64,000 bases of DNA from Vulcanimicrobiota bacterium. GTDB lineage: Bacteria > Vulcanimicrobiota > Vulcanimicrobiia > Vulcanimicrobiales > Vulcanimicrobiaceae. The notes beneath the pieces are model-generated. The model was not told where the DNA came from and did no database searches. It saw only the letters and a program-made list of their open reading frames with translations. The translations under genes and the position numbers were made by a program. The stretch is from the NCBI GenBank assembly GCA_963714015.1, contig OY970223.1, forward strand, positions 3,424,001 to 3,488,000. Direction: 5' to 3'. This document shows positions 11,682 to 21,371 of the stretch, one piece after another; position 1 is the first letter of the stretch, and the number at the start of each line of letters is the position of its first letter.

Positions 11682-12527
11682 ATGAATTTTTGGTGGACTC
11701 GAATGACAGCGCTCATGCTGGCCCTGATTGTCACGGCAATGCCCGCATCGGCACAGGCGGGAGGAAAGCGATTGCGCTTCATTCTCAACGGACCGGCCTT
11801 GCAAACGTTCACGACGAACCCCACTGCAGTGTCGTTCTTCGCGGGAAGCCGGCCGTTCGTAGTGGTCTCGAAAAAATTCAGCGCCTCGCGGATTCCGAGT
11901 TCGTGGCAGGCAGTCCCCACGCAGATATTCACGAGCTACCGCTGGTTTCAGGCGGCGATCAAGCATGGCAAGATTCAGCCCGGCGTGAAGGCCGTAATCT
12001 ACGACAACGAAGGGTGGACACTTACGCCGCCGGCCGAGCAGCGCAATTACGCGCAGTTTGCGCAGCGGTTCTACGAGCTCGCGCACCAGCACGGATTTGT
12101 GGTGATACATACTCCGGCGCTCTCGCTCGCGAACGCGGTGCAGGCGGCGGGCGAACGGCGCTTCGATGCATTCATGCGCGCCGGATTTTGGGACGATGCC
12201 GTGCGGTACGCCGATGCCGTCGATTTGCAAATGCAGGGATCGCAAGTTCCGGCGAGCGCTTATGCGAATTTCGTCAAGTCGGCGGCGCAACGGGCGCGAC
12301 AAGCGAACCCCCACGTACTGATTTTGGCGGGCATCAGCACGAATCCGAGCGGACATCACGTCACGGCTCAACAGATCGTCGATGCCATAATGGCCACGCG
12401 CGGCATCGTGGACGGCTACTGGTTCAACGTACCGCAAGCCGGCCCATCGTGCCCGCATTGCACGGATTTCCGCCCGGACATTGCGCTTGACGTACTGCGC
12501 ATGCTGCAAGCGCGGCACGCGCAGTAG
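11682..12527 (+). CDS. Secreted hypothetical protein, possibly TIM-barrel/glycoside-hydrolase-like
   Basis: Signal peptide ending ASA; VIYDNEGWTLTP, AVDLQMQ, ILAGISTNP, DGYWFNVP, CPHC. Confidence 0.55.
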   Translation: MNFWWTRMTALMLALIVTAMPASAQAGGKRLRFILNGPALQTFTTNPTAVSFFAGSRPFVVVSKKFSASRIPSSWQAVPTQIFTSYRWFQAAIKHGKIQPGVKAVIYDNEGWTLTPPAEQRNYAQFAQRFYELAHQHGFVVIHTPALSLANAVQAAGERRFDAFMRAGFWDDAVRYADAVDLQMQGSQVPASAYANFVKSAAQRARQANPHVLILAGISTNPSGHHVTAQQIVDAIMATRGIVDGYWFNVPQAGPSCPHCTDFRPDIALDVLRMLQARHAQ

Positions 12528-12542
12528 CCTCAATTCACGTCG

Positions 12543-13586
12543 TCAGTAAGCCATCGCTTTGAACTGCGGCATATTTGCCAACTTGCGCAGTTCGTCGATT
12601 CCGCCGCAATTGTCGATTCGCCAGTCGAAACGGGGATTCGAATGAGCGTTGTACCATGCCAGCAGATGGATGTTTCTGAATTGCGTGCTGGTCTGCGATT
12701 CGATGTCGCGCATGAATTGCGCTTGACCGTATGAGGAACATCCCGCCTCGCCGAACTCCGCGAGCCCGCAGGGTCTTGAGGTAAACGCGGGCGTGCAGTA
12801 CTCGTTGTAAAGAGCGCCTATCATCGCGGCGAAGCCTGCGCCGTTGCGATCGTAGGCGTCGGGCAAGATCCAATCGACCTGCGAGTCGCCGGGATAGAAA
12901 CCTTCCAAGTGGCGAGCGTTCGTCGGACGCCATCCCAAAGCAACGTTGGTCGCTCCCAAACGGGCGCGTTCGCCGGCGAGGAATGCCCACGCAGCCTTGT
13001 ATTGCGCCTGTTTCTGAGCCAGACTGGTTCCCTGCGTGAAGCAGTTGGGATTGTCGTTATTTCCGTGGCATGTTTTGGTGGCTCCGCGCACGCAGCTGTT
13101 GAACTCGTGGAACCACGTGAAGATGACCGGCCCTGGATATGCCTTCATCGCGGTGAGCGCGTTGTCGATGGAAGCCTGACCGGCTCCGCCGGCACGATAC
13201 TCGTCCAGATTGTAGCCGCATGATTGAGAAACGAGCGGGATGCGGTGAAATTTCAGGTCTCCGATGATCATCGGATCGGAAAGAAACTCACTCTCCGTGA
13301 AGTTACTGAAACTGAAATAAGACGTTTGTACCGCGAAGGGTCTTCCGATCTGATGCTCGAGATTTTCCGTGCATTGCTCCTTTTGATCCTTGGTTGCGCC
13401 TTTGCCCAGGGTGTTGCAGTACATTCCGAGGTAGACGCCGTTCGGGACTGGCGGCGGATGCGCCACAGTGCCGGCCGGGGTAATCGCGCCGAGCGTCTCT
13501 ACGCGCGCGATAGCCGGCGCCGCTAAAGCAATCGCCGCTAAAAGGAATGCAAGTAGCGGCGCGCGGCCGCTTTTGATTTGAGACAT
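12543..13586 (-). CDS. Secreted GH26-like glycoside hydrolase
   Basis: TWFHEFN acid/base region, FYPGDSQVDW, RPCGLAEFG nucleophile region. Confidence 0.75.
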   Translation of the reverse strand: MSQIKSGRAPLLAFLLAAIALAAPAIARVETLGAITPAGTVAHPPPVPNGVYLGMYCNTLGKGATKDQKEQCTENLEHQIGRPFAVQTSYFSFSNFTESEFLSDPMIIGDLKFHRIPLVSQSCGYNLDEYRAGGAGQASIDNALTAMKAYPGPVIFTWFHEFNSCVRGATKTCHGNNDNPNCFTQGTSLAQKQAQYKAAWAFLAGERARLGATNVALGWRPTNARHLEGFYPGDSQVDWILPDAYDRNGAGFAAMIGALYNEYCTPAFTSRPCGLAEFGEAGCSSYGQAQFMRDIESQTSTQFRNIHLLAWYNAHSNPRFDWRIDNCGGIDELRKLANMPQFKAMAY

Positions 13587-13663
13587 TCTTCCCCCTTACG
13601 TTTACGCTTAATCTTACCAGCGCAGGGGCGGCCGTTATCTTAAAATATGGAGAGAGATCGTCC

Positions 13664-14674
13664 CTAGGGCTGGAAGGCCGACATGTACGGCGAATTCGCC
13701 ATTGCTGCGAACGTCGACATCTCGTTGCCGCTGATGACCCAAGTGATCTGCTGAATAGTCTGGACTTTGTTCGCTGAGTCGAAGTAGTTGTACCCTTTTA
13801 TCAGCGGGTATTTCGTCTGAAGGCTTTTCGCAAGGAGCGGAAAGTACGTGCTCTGGTACGGGGGCTGTGCGCCGGTCTCTCCAACCATAATCGGCTTGCC
13901 GTAGGGAACCAAATACCCGTACGCCTGCGTATACGTCTGATCCGGCGGCAGATTGTCGTGATCGTAGAAATCGAATCCCGTCCAATCGACCTCGCCGTTC
14001 CCGGGATAATAAACTGCCGGATTGCGATCGCCGTCCGGGCACCAGAGCCAGATCACGTTGGAGACGCCTTCCTGCGCGAAGATCGCGCGGATGTGATCCC
14101 AAGCTGCGATGTAATACTGCGGAGAGAATACGCCGTTGGGCAAGTCCGTATTCGGATCCCAGCAAATCGACCGGTACGTTTTGGTCGCCGGAATGTTCAT
14201 CTCCCACATGTAACGGATGAACATCGGCTTGCCGAAAGCTTTTATCGCGTCGGCGCGAATGCGAATCGTCGAGTCGACTTTTCCGGAGGCGACTTCGGCA
14301 TTCGAATTCTGGCAATCCCACGAATCGAGCGGAATTCTCCCGTTGGCCTCGTCGTCGGCTTCGTACGCTCCGGGGAATTTATCGTAGAAACCATAGTAGT
14401 GCAGCGAGAGCGCCATGTGCCGTCCGATCTGCTGCTCGAACTGCTGCTGCAGTGTCACCGGCGGATCCACGATTGACAGTGGGTTCACATAGGTGCCCAG
14501 ATAAATCGATCCGGTAGGCGGTTCCAATGAGAGCGGCGGCGGTGTTGCACCGCCGGAAACACTCGCCGGCACCGAAGGCGAAGAGCCGCCCTCGCCGCAA
14601 CCGGCAAGGGCTCCGAGCGCGAACATGCACGTTATCAGCAACCGCGAAGCTTTGCAAAATCCAATGGTACTCAC
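13664..14674 (-). CDS. GH26-like lipoprotein
   Basis: Lipobox LAGC; RYMWEMN, YYPGNGEVDWTGFDFYD, KPIMVGETG. Confidence 0.85.
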   Translation of the reverse strand: MSTIGFCKASRLLITCMFALGALAGCGEGGSSPSVPASVSGGATPPPLSLEPPTGSIYLGTYVNPLSIVDPPVTLQQQFEQQIGRHMALSLHYYGFYDKFPGAYEADDEANGRIPLDSWDCQNSNAEVASGKVDSTIRIRADAIKAFGKPMFIRYMWEMNIPATKTYRSICWDPNTDLPNGVFSPQYYIAAWDHIRAIFAQEGVSNVIWLWCPDGDRNPAVYYPGNGEVDWTGFDFYDHDNLPPDQTYTQAYGYLVPYGKPIMVGETGAQPPYQSTYFPLLAKSLQTKYPLIKGYNYFDSANKVQTIQQITWVISGNEMSTFAAMANSPYMSAFQP

Positions 14675-14687
14675 GTCAATCTCCTGC

Positions 14688-15665
14688 CTACGGCGATCCC
14701 ATAGCCGCCATGTACGGGTCCTGCGCTAAGCGCACGAATGCGGTTGAACCAGGGCCGGGATTGAGCGACCAGTTCGAACCATTGCTGACCCCGTCGTAAT
14801 ACATGAAACCTTTGACCGCCGGAAAATTCGATTGCAAAGCTGAGGCGACGCTTCCCAAGAACGTTGCCTGGCCGAAACTGAGGGTTCCGGTCTCGCCGAT
14901 GAGGATCGGTTTGTTGAAATGCGTCAGCGTGCCGTAGATCGGGCTGAAGAACGTCGGAAAATCCACCCCCTGCGTGTCGAACGCGTCCACCCCGACCCAA
15001 TCGACCTCCGAATCTCCCGGATAATAAGCCGAAGGATTGGAGCCTGCCGCCGAAACGTCCCAGACCCAGATGACGTTGGTCGCGCCGACCTGCGCGAAAA
15101 TCTGGCGAACGTGGGTCCACGCAGCTACGAATTCCTTCGCCGAGAAGGTGCCGTCGGAATTATCCGTGGCCGGATCGTAGCACGCGGTGCGGGGCTGCTT
15201 CGAATACGCGAAAATTGTCGACGACGGCAGATTCATATCCCAGAACCAGCGCATAAAGACCGCATGACCAAAAGCCTTGATTGCGGTCGCGCGCGTCGTT
15301 ATCAGGCCGTCGGCGGCGCCCGATGCAATCTGCGCGTCCGACATGCCGCAATCCCAAGAGTCTACGGAATAGCGCCCGTTCTCCAAATCACCCGTTTCGT
15401 TGAAGTGCGGGAAGAGCGTATTCCAGCTGTAATAGTGCATGTTCAGCGCAACGGGGCGTTCGATCAGCGTCTCGAGCGTCTTTATCGATCCGTTGCCGGG
15501 GTCCACGTACGCGCCGAAGTAAATGCTTCCGGTTCCGGGAGTCTGCGCACCTACCGGCGTCGGCGTCACGACGGGCGCCGGCGTACCCGGCTGACCTTCG
15601 CCGCATCCCGCAAGAACCAAAGCAAAAAGAGCCGCGACGGCAATCGTTGCGGCGCTACGGAACAT
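14688..15665 (-). CDS. GH26-like lipoprotein (acid/base Glu replaced by Asp)
   Basis: Lipobox LAGC; RWFWDMN, YYPGDSEVDWVGVD, KPILIGETG. Confidence 0.8.
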   Translation of the reverse strand: MFRSAATIAVAALFALVLAGCGEGQPGTPAPVVTPTPVGAQTPGTGSIYFGAYVDPGNGSIKTLETLIERPVALNMHYYSWNTLFPHFNETGDLENGRYSVDSWDCGMSDAQIASGAADGLITTRATAIKAFGHAVFMRWFWDMNLPSSTIFAYSKQPRTACYDPATDNSDGTFSAKEFVAAWTHVRQIFAQVGATNVIWVWDVSAAGSNPSAYYPGDSEVDWVGVDAFDTQGVDFPTFFSPIYGTLTHFNKPILIGETGTLSFGQATFLGSVASALQSNFPAVKGFMYYDGVSNGSNWSLNPGPGSTAFVRLAQDPYMAAMGSP

Positions 15666-16704
15666 ACTGCGCTCCCATGTACGGATCGTTGGCGAAAGCG
15701 CTGAATGCCGGGAATGCGCTGGTCGAAACGCGCCAGTCCTGGTTCACGGCCTGTATGTAGTTGATCCCGTCGTAGTAGACGAAGGCCTTTACAGCGGGAA
15801 AGCTCGCCTTCAGCGCCGGCACTGCGCCGCTGAAGAACGCAGGCTGCTGCGCCGCAAGTGCGCCGGTTTCCGCAATCATTATCGGTTTGTTCAACGCGGC
15901 CAACGTCGCGTATGCCGAACTGAACGTTCCGGAGAACGAGCCGCCGTTCACATCGTAAGCGTCCATGCCGACCCAGTCCACCCACTGACTGCCCGGATAA
16001 TACGGCATCGGCGGTTGCGCAGCCGGATTATTGCTGAACGTCCACACCCAAATCACGTTCGTCGCTCCGGCGTTTTGAAAGACGGTGTGCACGTGCTGCC
16101 AGGCCGCGATGAATTCCGAAGGGGAAAAGATGCCCTTGGGAAGATCCCCTTCGCTCGGATCCCAGCAAGGAGTGCGATCGAGCGCGGCATATCCTCCGGA
16201 CATCGCCGTATCGGGCAAGTTCGGATCCCACATGTACCGCAGAAAGACGGGCGCGCCGAAATTCTTCGCTTGAGCCGCCGCGATTTCAAGCTGCGCATCC
16301 CATTGTCCCGAAGCTATTTGCGCGTTGGGGTACTGACAGTTCCACGAGATCACGGGGACGCGAAAATGTTCGTAGTCGTCCAGAAGCTTGTTCCCGGAAA
16401 GACTTCCGTAAAAGGTAAGGTACTGCATATGCAGCGTCAGCAGCCGCCCGAGCTGCGCTTCGACGTCCGCGGCATCCGCGGGCGTGTTGCCGCCGAGCAA
16501 GCCCGTCGTGTTCACGTAAGCACCAAAGTAAATGGAGCCGGGCCGCGGCGTGAAAAGGCCGGCCACGGCGGGCTGCGCCATCGGCGTGCGCAATGCGGAA
16601 GGCGAAGCGCTGGCGAATGAGCTCGGAGCGGAGCCTTCGCCGCAGCCGGCGACGGCAAAGCAGAAAAGAGCGAGCGCCGCCAGTTGCAAGCGTTGGGAGG
16701 ACAC
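15655..16704 (-). CDS. GH26-like lipoprotein (acid/base Glu replaced by Asp)
   Basis: Lipobox VAGC; RYMWDPN, YYPGSQWVDWVGMDAYD, KPIMIAETG. Confidence 0.8.
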   Translation of the reverse strand: MSSQRLQLAALALFCFAVAGCGEGSAPSSFASASPSALRTPMAQPAVAGLFTPRPGSIYFGAYVNTTGLLGGNTPADAADVEAQLGRLLTLHMQYLTFYGSLSGNKLLDDYEHFRVPVISWNCQYPNAQIASGQWDAQLEIAAAQAKNFGAPVFLRYMWDPNLPDTAMSGGYAALDRTPCWDPSEGDLPKGIFSPSEFIAAWQHVHTVFQNAGATNVIWVWTFSNNPAAQPPMPYYPGSQWVDWVGMDAYDVNGGSFSGTFSSAYATLAALNKPIMIAETGALAAQQPAFFSGAVPALKASFPAVKAFVYYDGINYIQAVNQDWRVSTSAFPAFSAFANDPYMGAQYVP

Positions 16705-16764
16705 GCCCGACTCATTAGTCGAGGACCCCCCCTCACCCCGCTTGCCTTGCCCGGACCGCGAAAA

Positions 16765-16794
16765 GAAAAAGCCCGCATTGCTGCGGGCTTTTTC
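16765..16794. terminator. Intrinsic (bidirectional-type) terminator downstream of the PHA locus
   Basis: GAAAAAGCCCGCA-ttgc-TGCGGGCTTTTTC. Confidence 0.85.
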
Positions 16795-16813
16795 GCGCTG
16801 CCCTTAGTGGGCG

Positions 16814-17113
16814 TTAGTTTTTGGCGACGGTCTTCGCGAGATTCTTCGTGCTCTCGGTGAAGAACTCGGCAACCTGAATCGCATACTCTTTGCGCAGTTC
16901 GAGGAACTTGTTGGCGTAGTCGAAGCTCAGCTCGACGAACTTGGTCGGCGAAGGAAGCGTCTCGAGGGTCGGGAGCTTCTCGAACGTTGCGACCTCGGCG
17001 AAGAGTTCGCGGGCCTGCTCGAAGGCGGCGACGTTCGCGTCCTGAGCCTGCTTGACTGCTTTGAGCGTCTCTTCTTGAAAATTGCTTACGTACTGGTTGA
17101 AATCGGTGGCCAC
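16814..17113 (-). CDS. Putative phasin (PHA granule-associated amphipathic helical protein)
   Basis: 99 aa, Ala/Glu/Lys-rich and helical, CAGGAG RBS, last gene of the phaC locus, own promoter. Confidence 0.6.
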   Translation of the reverse strand: MATDFNQYVSNFQEETLKAVKQAQDANVAAFEQARELFAEVATFEKLPTLETLPSPTKFVELSFDYANKFLELRKEYAIQVAEFFTESTKNLAKTVAKN

Positions 17114-17150
17114 GGTGATTGTTACTCCTGCGGTTCTTGCTGCTGCTGTA

Positions 17151-17185
17151 TGCTAAGTATACTTAGCACACGCTGCATTTGTCAA
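17151..17185 (-). promoter_or_regulatory. sigma70 promoter TTGACA-N18-TATACT overlapped by a perfect 18-bp palindrome
   Basis: TGCTAAGTATACTTAGCA 17151-17168; -35 at 17180-17185, -10 at 17156-17161. Confidence 0.8.
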
Positions 17186-17535
17186 GTGCGACCCAAGAAC
17201 CCCCGGTAAATCCGGATCATCGTGTCCTTTTGGTCGGTCGTCAGGTTCCCGTCCAAGCGAATGGCCTGCTCGACGTCCCGGCCGGCGGGTTTGGCGTCTT
17301 CGTCTAAAAGGCCGGCTTGCGTGTACATCGTCTCCGCCGAAATCTGGAGCGCGCTGGCAATGTTTTTCAAAACGTCGGCCGAGGGTTTGTAGAGGCCCTT
17401 CTCCACCTGCCCGAGATACGGATTGGAGATCTTCGACATCTCCGCCAGCTGCCGCAGCGAGAGATTTGCGAGCTCCCGCTGGCTCCGGATGAACTCACCA
17501 AGCCTCTCCCACGCGCGATCGCGCTCAGAGCTCAT
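17182..17535 (-). CDS. XRE-family HTH regulator (Rv0474-like)
   Basis: LGEFIRSQRELANLSLRQLAEMSKISNPYLGQVEKGLYKPSADVL...ISAETMYTQAGLL. Confidence 0.85.
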   Translation of the reverse strand: MSSERDRAWERLGEFIRSQRELANLSLRQLAEMSKISNPYLGQVEKGLYKPSADVLKNIASALQISAETMYTQAGLLDEDAKPAGRDVEQAIRLDGNLTTDQKDTMIRIYRGFLGRT

Positions 17536-19219
17536 TGCGGACGTACCGCCCGGGGGCGGCCTCCCCTTGGGGCAACTCCGCAGGCGCTGCCATCGGTCCT
17601 GCGTGCGCGTCCGCCCACACGGCCCAATCTTCCCACCAACTTCCCGCGAAGCGTTCGGCGCTCGCTCGCCACTGCTCCGGATTCTCTTCTCGCAGAGCGC
17701 GCGGCTTGGTCCAATGCTGCGATTTTGCGCTCCCCGGCGGATTCACGATGCCGGCGATATGGCCCGAATTCGTAAGCGTATAGGTGAGGTCTTCGCTCGA
17801 GACGAGGTTCACGGCGCGATACGTCGAGCGCCAGGGTGCAATGTGATCGGCCTCCGCGCCCAGGACGTAGAGCGGCGTGCGAATCAAACCGAGATCGATC
17901 GGCGTATCCGCGATGACGAAGGCGTTCGGTTTGGCGATGAGATTGTTCAGATAGCAGGCTCGCAGATACTGCGAATGCATCGCCGCGGGCATGCGCGTGG
18001 AGTCGCCGTTCCAGGTTAGGATGTCGAACGCGGGCGGCTGCTTGCCCATGAACCAGTTGCTGACGACGTAACTCCAGATCAAGTCGTTCGCTCGCATCCA
18101 GTCGAAGGTTCCGGCCATCTCGCTCGAGTCCAAGTATCCGCGCTCGTTCATGCGCTTTTCGAGCCGTTCGATCGTTGCTTCGTCCGTGAAGACGCCCAGA
18201 TCGCCGGGTTCCGAGAAGTCGATCAGCGAGTTCGTCAGCGTCGCGGAGTTTACGCGTTCTGCTTCTCCGTGCGCCGCAAGGTACGCCAGAAAGATCAGCG
18301 TCAGCGTTCCGCCCAGGCAAAGCGCCGCGATATTAGTTTTCGTGCTGCCGGTAATGCGTTCGACCGCGCCGAGCGCCTCGAGCAGTCCCAGCCGCAAATA
18401 GTCGTCCATCAACAAGCCCCGCATCGACGCGTCGGGATTGCGATAGCTGATCATGAAGGTCTGGTGCCCATGCCGTACCGCCCACTCCACGAACGAACGG
18501 CCTGGGGCCAAATCCATGATGTAAAACTTATTGATCCATGGCGGACTGCAGAGCAGCGGAATCTCGTGAACCTGCGAGGTCTGCGGCTCGTAAGCGATCA
18601 GCTCGATGAGTTCGTTGCGAAAGACGACGCGCCCGGGAGTTGCGGCGAGATTGACGCCAAGCTCGTGCTTCGAAGTGTCGGCTTGACGCGGCATGCCGCG
18701 GTTCTCGCGCGCGTCGTCCATGAAGTTCTGCATGCCCCGCATCAGGCTGGCGCCGCCAGTATTCATTGCCTCCTTTACGACCGCGGGATTCATCCAGGGA
18801 ACGTTGCTCGGCGCGAACGCGTCGTTGAGCATTTGCATGGCGAACTTGGCTTTGCGTTTGGTTGCTTCCGGAAGACGCGAACTGTCGACCAGCGCCATGG
18901 CGGCGCGCGAACGCGCGAGATACTCTTCCAGCGCGCCTGCCAGCAGCGGATTCTCTTTCCAGCCTGCGTCGGCGAAGCGCCGATCCGAACCGGGCGCAGC
19001 GGTTTCGATTTCTTGTCCGCTCAGGCGCCTCAGCATATTGAAGCCCGCGGCTTGCTGCGCGGCGGCGAGATTCGCAATCCAGAGTCCCATTCGCGCAGGG
19101 TCCGCCATGGCGTCCGCCATCACCGCGCGCAAGGCGTCGCCCAAAGACGCCGGATCCAAACCCGTAACGTCCAGGCCGTACTGCAGATCTTCGGGTGCAA
19201 ACGCTGCGTCGATCATCAC
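17525..19219 (-). CDS. phaC: Polyhydroxyalkanoate synthase (class I/II type)
   Basis: DRRFAD, ATPGRVVFRNELIELI, PPWINKFYIMDL, lipase box ALCLGG, DHIAPW, SGHIAG. Confidence 0.93.
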   Translation of the reverse strand: MMIDAAFAPEDLQYGLDVTGLDPASLGDALRAVMADAMADPARMGLWIANLAAAQQAAGFNMLRRLSGQEIETAAPGSDRRFADAGWKENPLLAGALEEYLARSRAAMALVDSSRLPEATKRKAKFAMQMLNDAFAPSNVPWMNPAVVKEAMNTGGASLMRGMQNFMDDARENRGMPRQADTSKHELGVNLAATPGRVVFRNELIELIAYEPQTSQVHEIPLLCSPPWINKFYIMDLAPGRSFVEWAVRHGHQTFMISYRNPDASMRGLLMDDYLRLGLLEALGAVERITGSTKTNIAALCLGGTLTLIFLAYLAAHGEAERVNSATLTNSLIDFSEPGDLGVFTDEATIERLEKRMNERGYLDSSEMAGTFDWMRANDLIWSYVVSNWFMGKQPPAFDILTWNGDSTRMPAAMHSQYLRACYLNNLIAKPNAFVIADTPIDLGLIRTPLYVLGAEADHIAPWRSTYRAVNLVSSEDLTYTLTNSGHIAGIVNPPGSAKSQHWTKPRALREENPEQWRASAERFAGSWWEDWAVWADAHAGPMAAPAELPQGEAAPGRYVRNEL

Positions 19220-19983
19220 ATGTACATGCCGCCGTTGACGCTGAAGACGGAACCCGTGATGAACCCGCTCTCCTCGTCCAACAAGAACCGTACCGTGCGG
19301 GCAACTTCGGCCGGATCGCCCAAGCGTTTCACCGCGGTTCGCTCCGTGGCGCCTTCGATTGCTGCAGGCGGCATCGCGGCGACCATATCGGTATTGATGA
19401 ATCCCGGCGCGACCGCGTTCACGGTAATGCCTTTCTGCGCCACTTCGAGAGCGACGGTTTTCGTTAGACCGATCAGCCCTGCTTTGGCGGCGCTGTAATT
19501 GGCCTGTCCGATGTTGCCGCTCAGTCCCACCACCGAACTAATGTTGACGATGCGGCCGTAATTCTGCTCGATCATTTTGTCGATCACCGCCTTGATCATG
19601 AAAAACGGCCCCGACAGGTTGACCTGCAGAACCGCATTCCATTCTTCGATCGTCATTTTGCGAATCGTGTGATCCGCGGTGATCCCGGCGTTGTTGACCA
19701 GAAAATCGATTCGGCCGTGGCGTTCCAGAATCGCCTCCACCGCCATGCGGCAGCGCTCGTATTCGCCGACGTCTCCCTCGTAAAAAACGACGTTCTCGGC
19801 ACTGCCGTTCAGCGAACTGCGCAGACGCTCCGTCCGATCGCGATCGGCTTCCAAGCCGACGACCGCAACGATCGCGCCGTCACCGGCTAAACTGCGGGTG
19901 ATGGCGCCGCCGATGCCGCGCGCACCGCCGGTAACGATGCCGACGCGGCCGGCCAAAGACGTAAGGGTTGTGGAAGATCTCAT
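19216..19983 (-). CDS. phaB: Acetoacetyl-CoA reductase (SDR)
   Basis: TGGARGIG, NNAGIT, GQANYSAAKAG, VNAVAPGFINTDM; coupled to phaC. Confidence 0.85.
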   Translation of the reverse strand: MRSSTTLTSLAGRVGIVTGGARGIGGAITRSLAGDGAIVAVVGLEADRDRTERLRSSLNGSAENVVFYEGDVGEYERCRMAVEAILERHGRIDFLVNNAGITADHTIRKMTIEEWNAVLQVNLSGPFFMIKAVIDKMIEQNYGRIVNISSVVGLSGNIGQANYSAAKAGLIGLTKTVALEVAQKGITVNAVAPGFINTDMVAAMPPAAIEGATERTAVKRLGDPAEVARTVRFLLDEESGFITGSVFSVNGGMYM

Positions 19984-19984
19984 G

Positions 19985-20002
19985 TGCTAGGCTTACCTAG
20001 CA
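19985..20002. promoter_or_regulatory. Palindromic operator TGCTAGG-CTTA-CCTAGCA directly upstream of the phaB start
   Basis: Same arm consensus (TGCTARG-N4-CYTAGCA) as the site at 17151. Confidence 0.75.
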
Positions 20003-20026
20003 CCGCGCTTTGTCCCTCTTCGTGAC

Positions 20027-20768
20027 TTACATGTCTAAGCCGCCGTTTACGGTGTAAACGGCGCCCGTGATGTCAGCTCGATTCGTCGTCCAAAAGAAAC
20101 TTCACGACGCGCGCGACCTCCTCGGGCTGACCCAGCCGCCGCACCGGAATCTTTTCGATCACTTTCGCCAGCGCCGCTTCGGGCACAGCCGCCACCATCT
20201 CGGTGTTGATGAAACCCGGCGCCACGCAGTTGACGGTAATGCCCTTGGTGGCCATCTCAAGCGCCAGGCTTTTGCTCAATCCGAACAACCCGGCCTTGGA
20301 TGCCGCATAATTGGCCTGCCCGACGTTACCGGTTTCTCCGATGACCGAGCTGATGTTCACGATGCGTCCGGAGCCGCGTTCGATCATGTGCTCCAGTACG
20401 GCTTTCGTCATCGCGAACGCGCCGAACAAGTTGACGTTGAGAACCGCCTGCCAGTCTTCCGGCGTCATCTTGCGCACGGTTTTGTCGACAGTTATGCCGG
20501 CGTTGTTGACGAGCCAGTCGACTCGGCCGTAGCGGTCGAGAACTTCACGTACGACGCGCACGCAATCCTCGGGCTCGTCAACGCGGCCCTGATGAATCGA
20601 AACCGTCGCGCCTTCTTTTTCAAGATCGTGTTGATGTTTCTCGGCCGCCTCTCGGCCCCGGCTGTATCCCGCGGCCACGCGGTGTCCGGCGGCGGCCAGG
20701 AGCGTCGTAATGGCGCCTCCGATTCCGCGCGTCCCGCCGGTGACAATCGCAACCTTACCGTCGGACAT
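20027..20768 (-). CDS. phaB: Second acetoacetyl-CoA reductase (SDR); 1-bp insertion near 20074 hides the C-terminus
   Basis: TGGTRGIG, GQANYAASKAG; the shifted frame continues ITGAVYTVNGGLDM*. Confidence 0.85.
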
Positions 20769-20843
20769 ACTGTGCCTCCGCTAGGATCGTGTCGTGTGCC
20801 GCAAAGTTATCCGCTCGCGCACCAGCCCCTTTGAATTCAAACC

Positions 20844-20873
20844 GAAAGAAGGCCGCCGATGCGGCCTCCTTTC
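20844..20873 (-). terminator. Intrinsic terminator-like hairpin
   Basis: GAAAGAAGGCCGC-cgat-GCGGCCTCCTTTC. Confidence 0.6.
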
Positions 20874-20897
20874 ATTACATGCTTCTATAGGACGTTT

Positions 20898-21283
20898 TTA
20901 GTAAATCGACGTCGCGTAGAACGTTCCGCCGTCCCAATACCCGTACGCCACTACTTGACGTCCGACGGCGACTTTACCGCTCGCCTGATGATCGAGCGCC
21001 GGTTGATCGTTGATCACGACGCTGCGGCTGGACTGCTGCAGCGTTACGAGGTGACCTTTGACGTCCGTGATCGTACCGGCAACGCTGTCGTGCCGATAGC
21101 GCGTGGCATCAGCCGTACACTCCCGTTCGGCACCCAAACGTCGTTTTGCCACGTTCCGCAGTGCCAGTCATTGTAAGGCTGCGTATCAGGCGGCGGAGGC
21201 GGCGGCTGCTGCGCACGAGCAACACCGGCAGCTGCGCTAAAAGCCAAGACCGCGGTCGCAAGCAGGCTGTAGAAGTATTTCAA
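20898..21283 (-). CDS. Secreted hypothetical protein with OB-fold-like C-terminus (frameshift near 21125)
   Basis: AAAGGAG RBS plus TTG; signal peptide, poly-Pro; joins to VAGTITDVKGHLVTLQ...VVAYGYWDGGTFYATSI. Confidence 0.6.
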
Positions 21284-21371
21284 AGTGCGTCTCCTTTCGG
21301 CGTTGCTCCGAAACGGAGCAGGCTTCCGAAAGTTCATACCCAGCTTACGGCGCGCATCGCGGAAGCGTGCG

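Noticed and set aside
10791..12533. 580-aa minus-strand ORF and other long Arg-rich ORFs across the window
   Set aside because: Typical alternate-frame shadows in high-GC DNA overlapping better-supported genes
20779..20800. Third PHA operator upstream of the first phaB
   Set aside because: Only a half site (GCTAGG) with no matching arm
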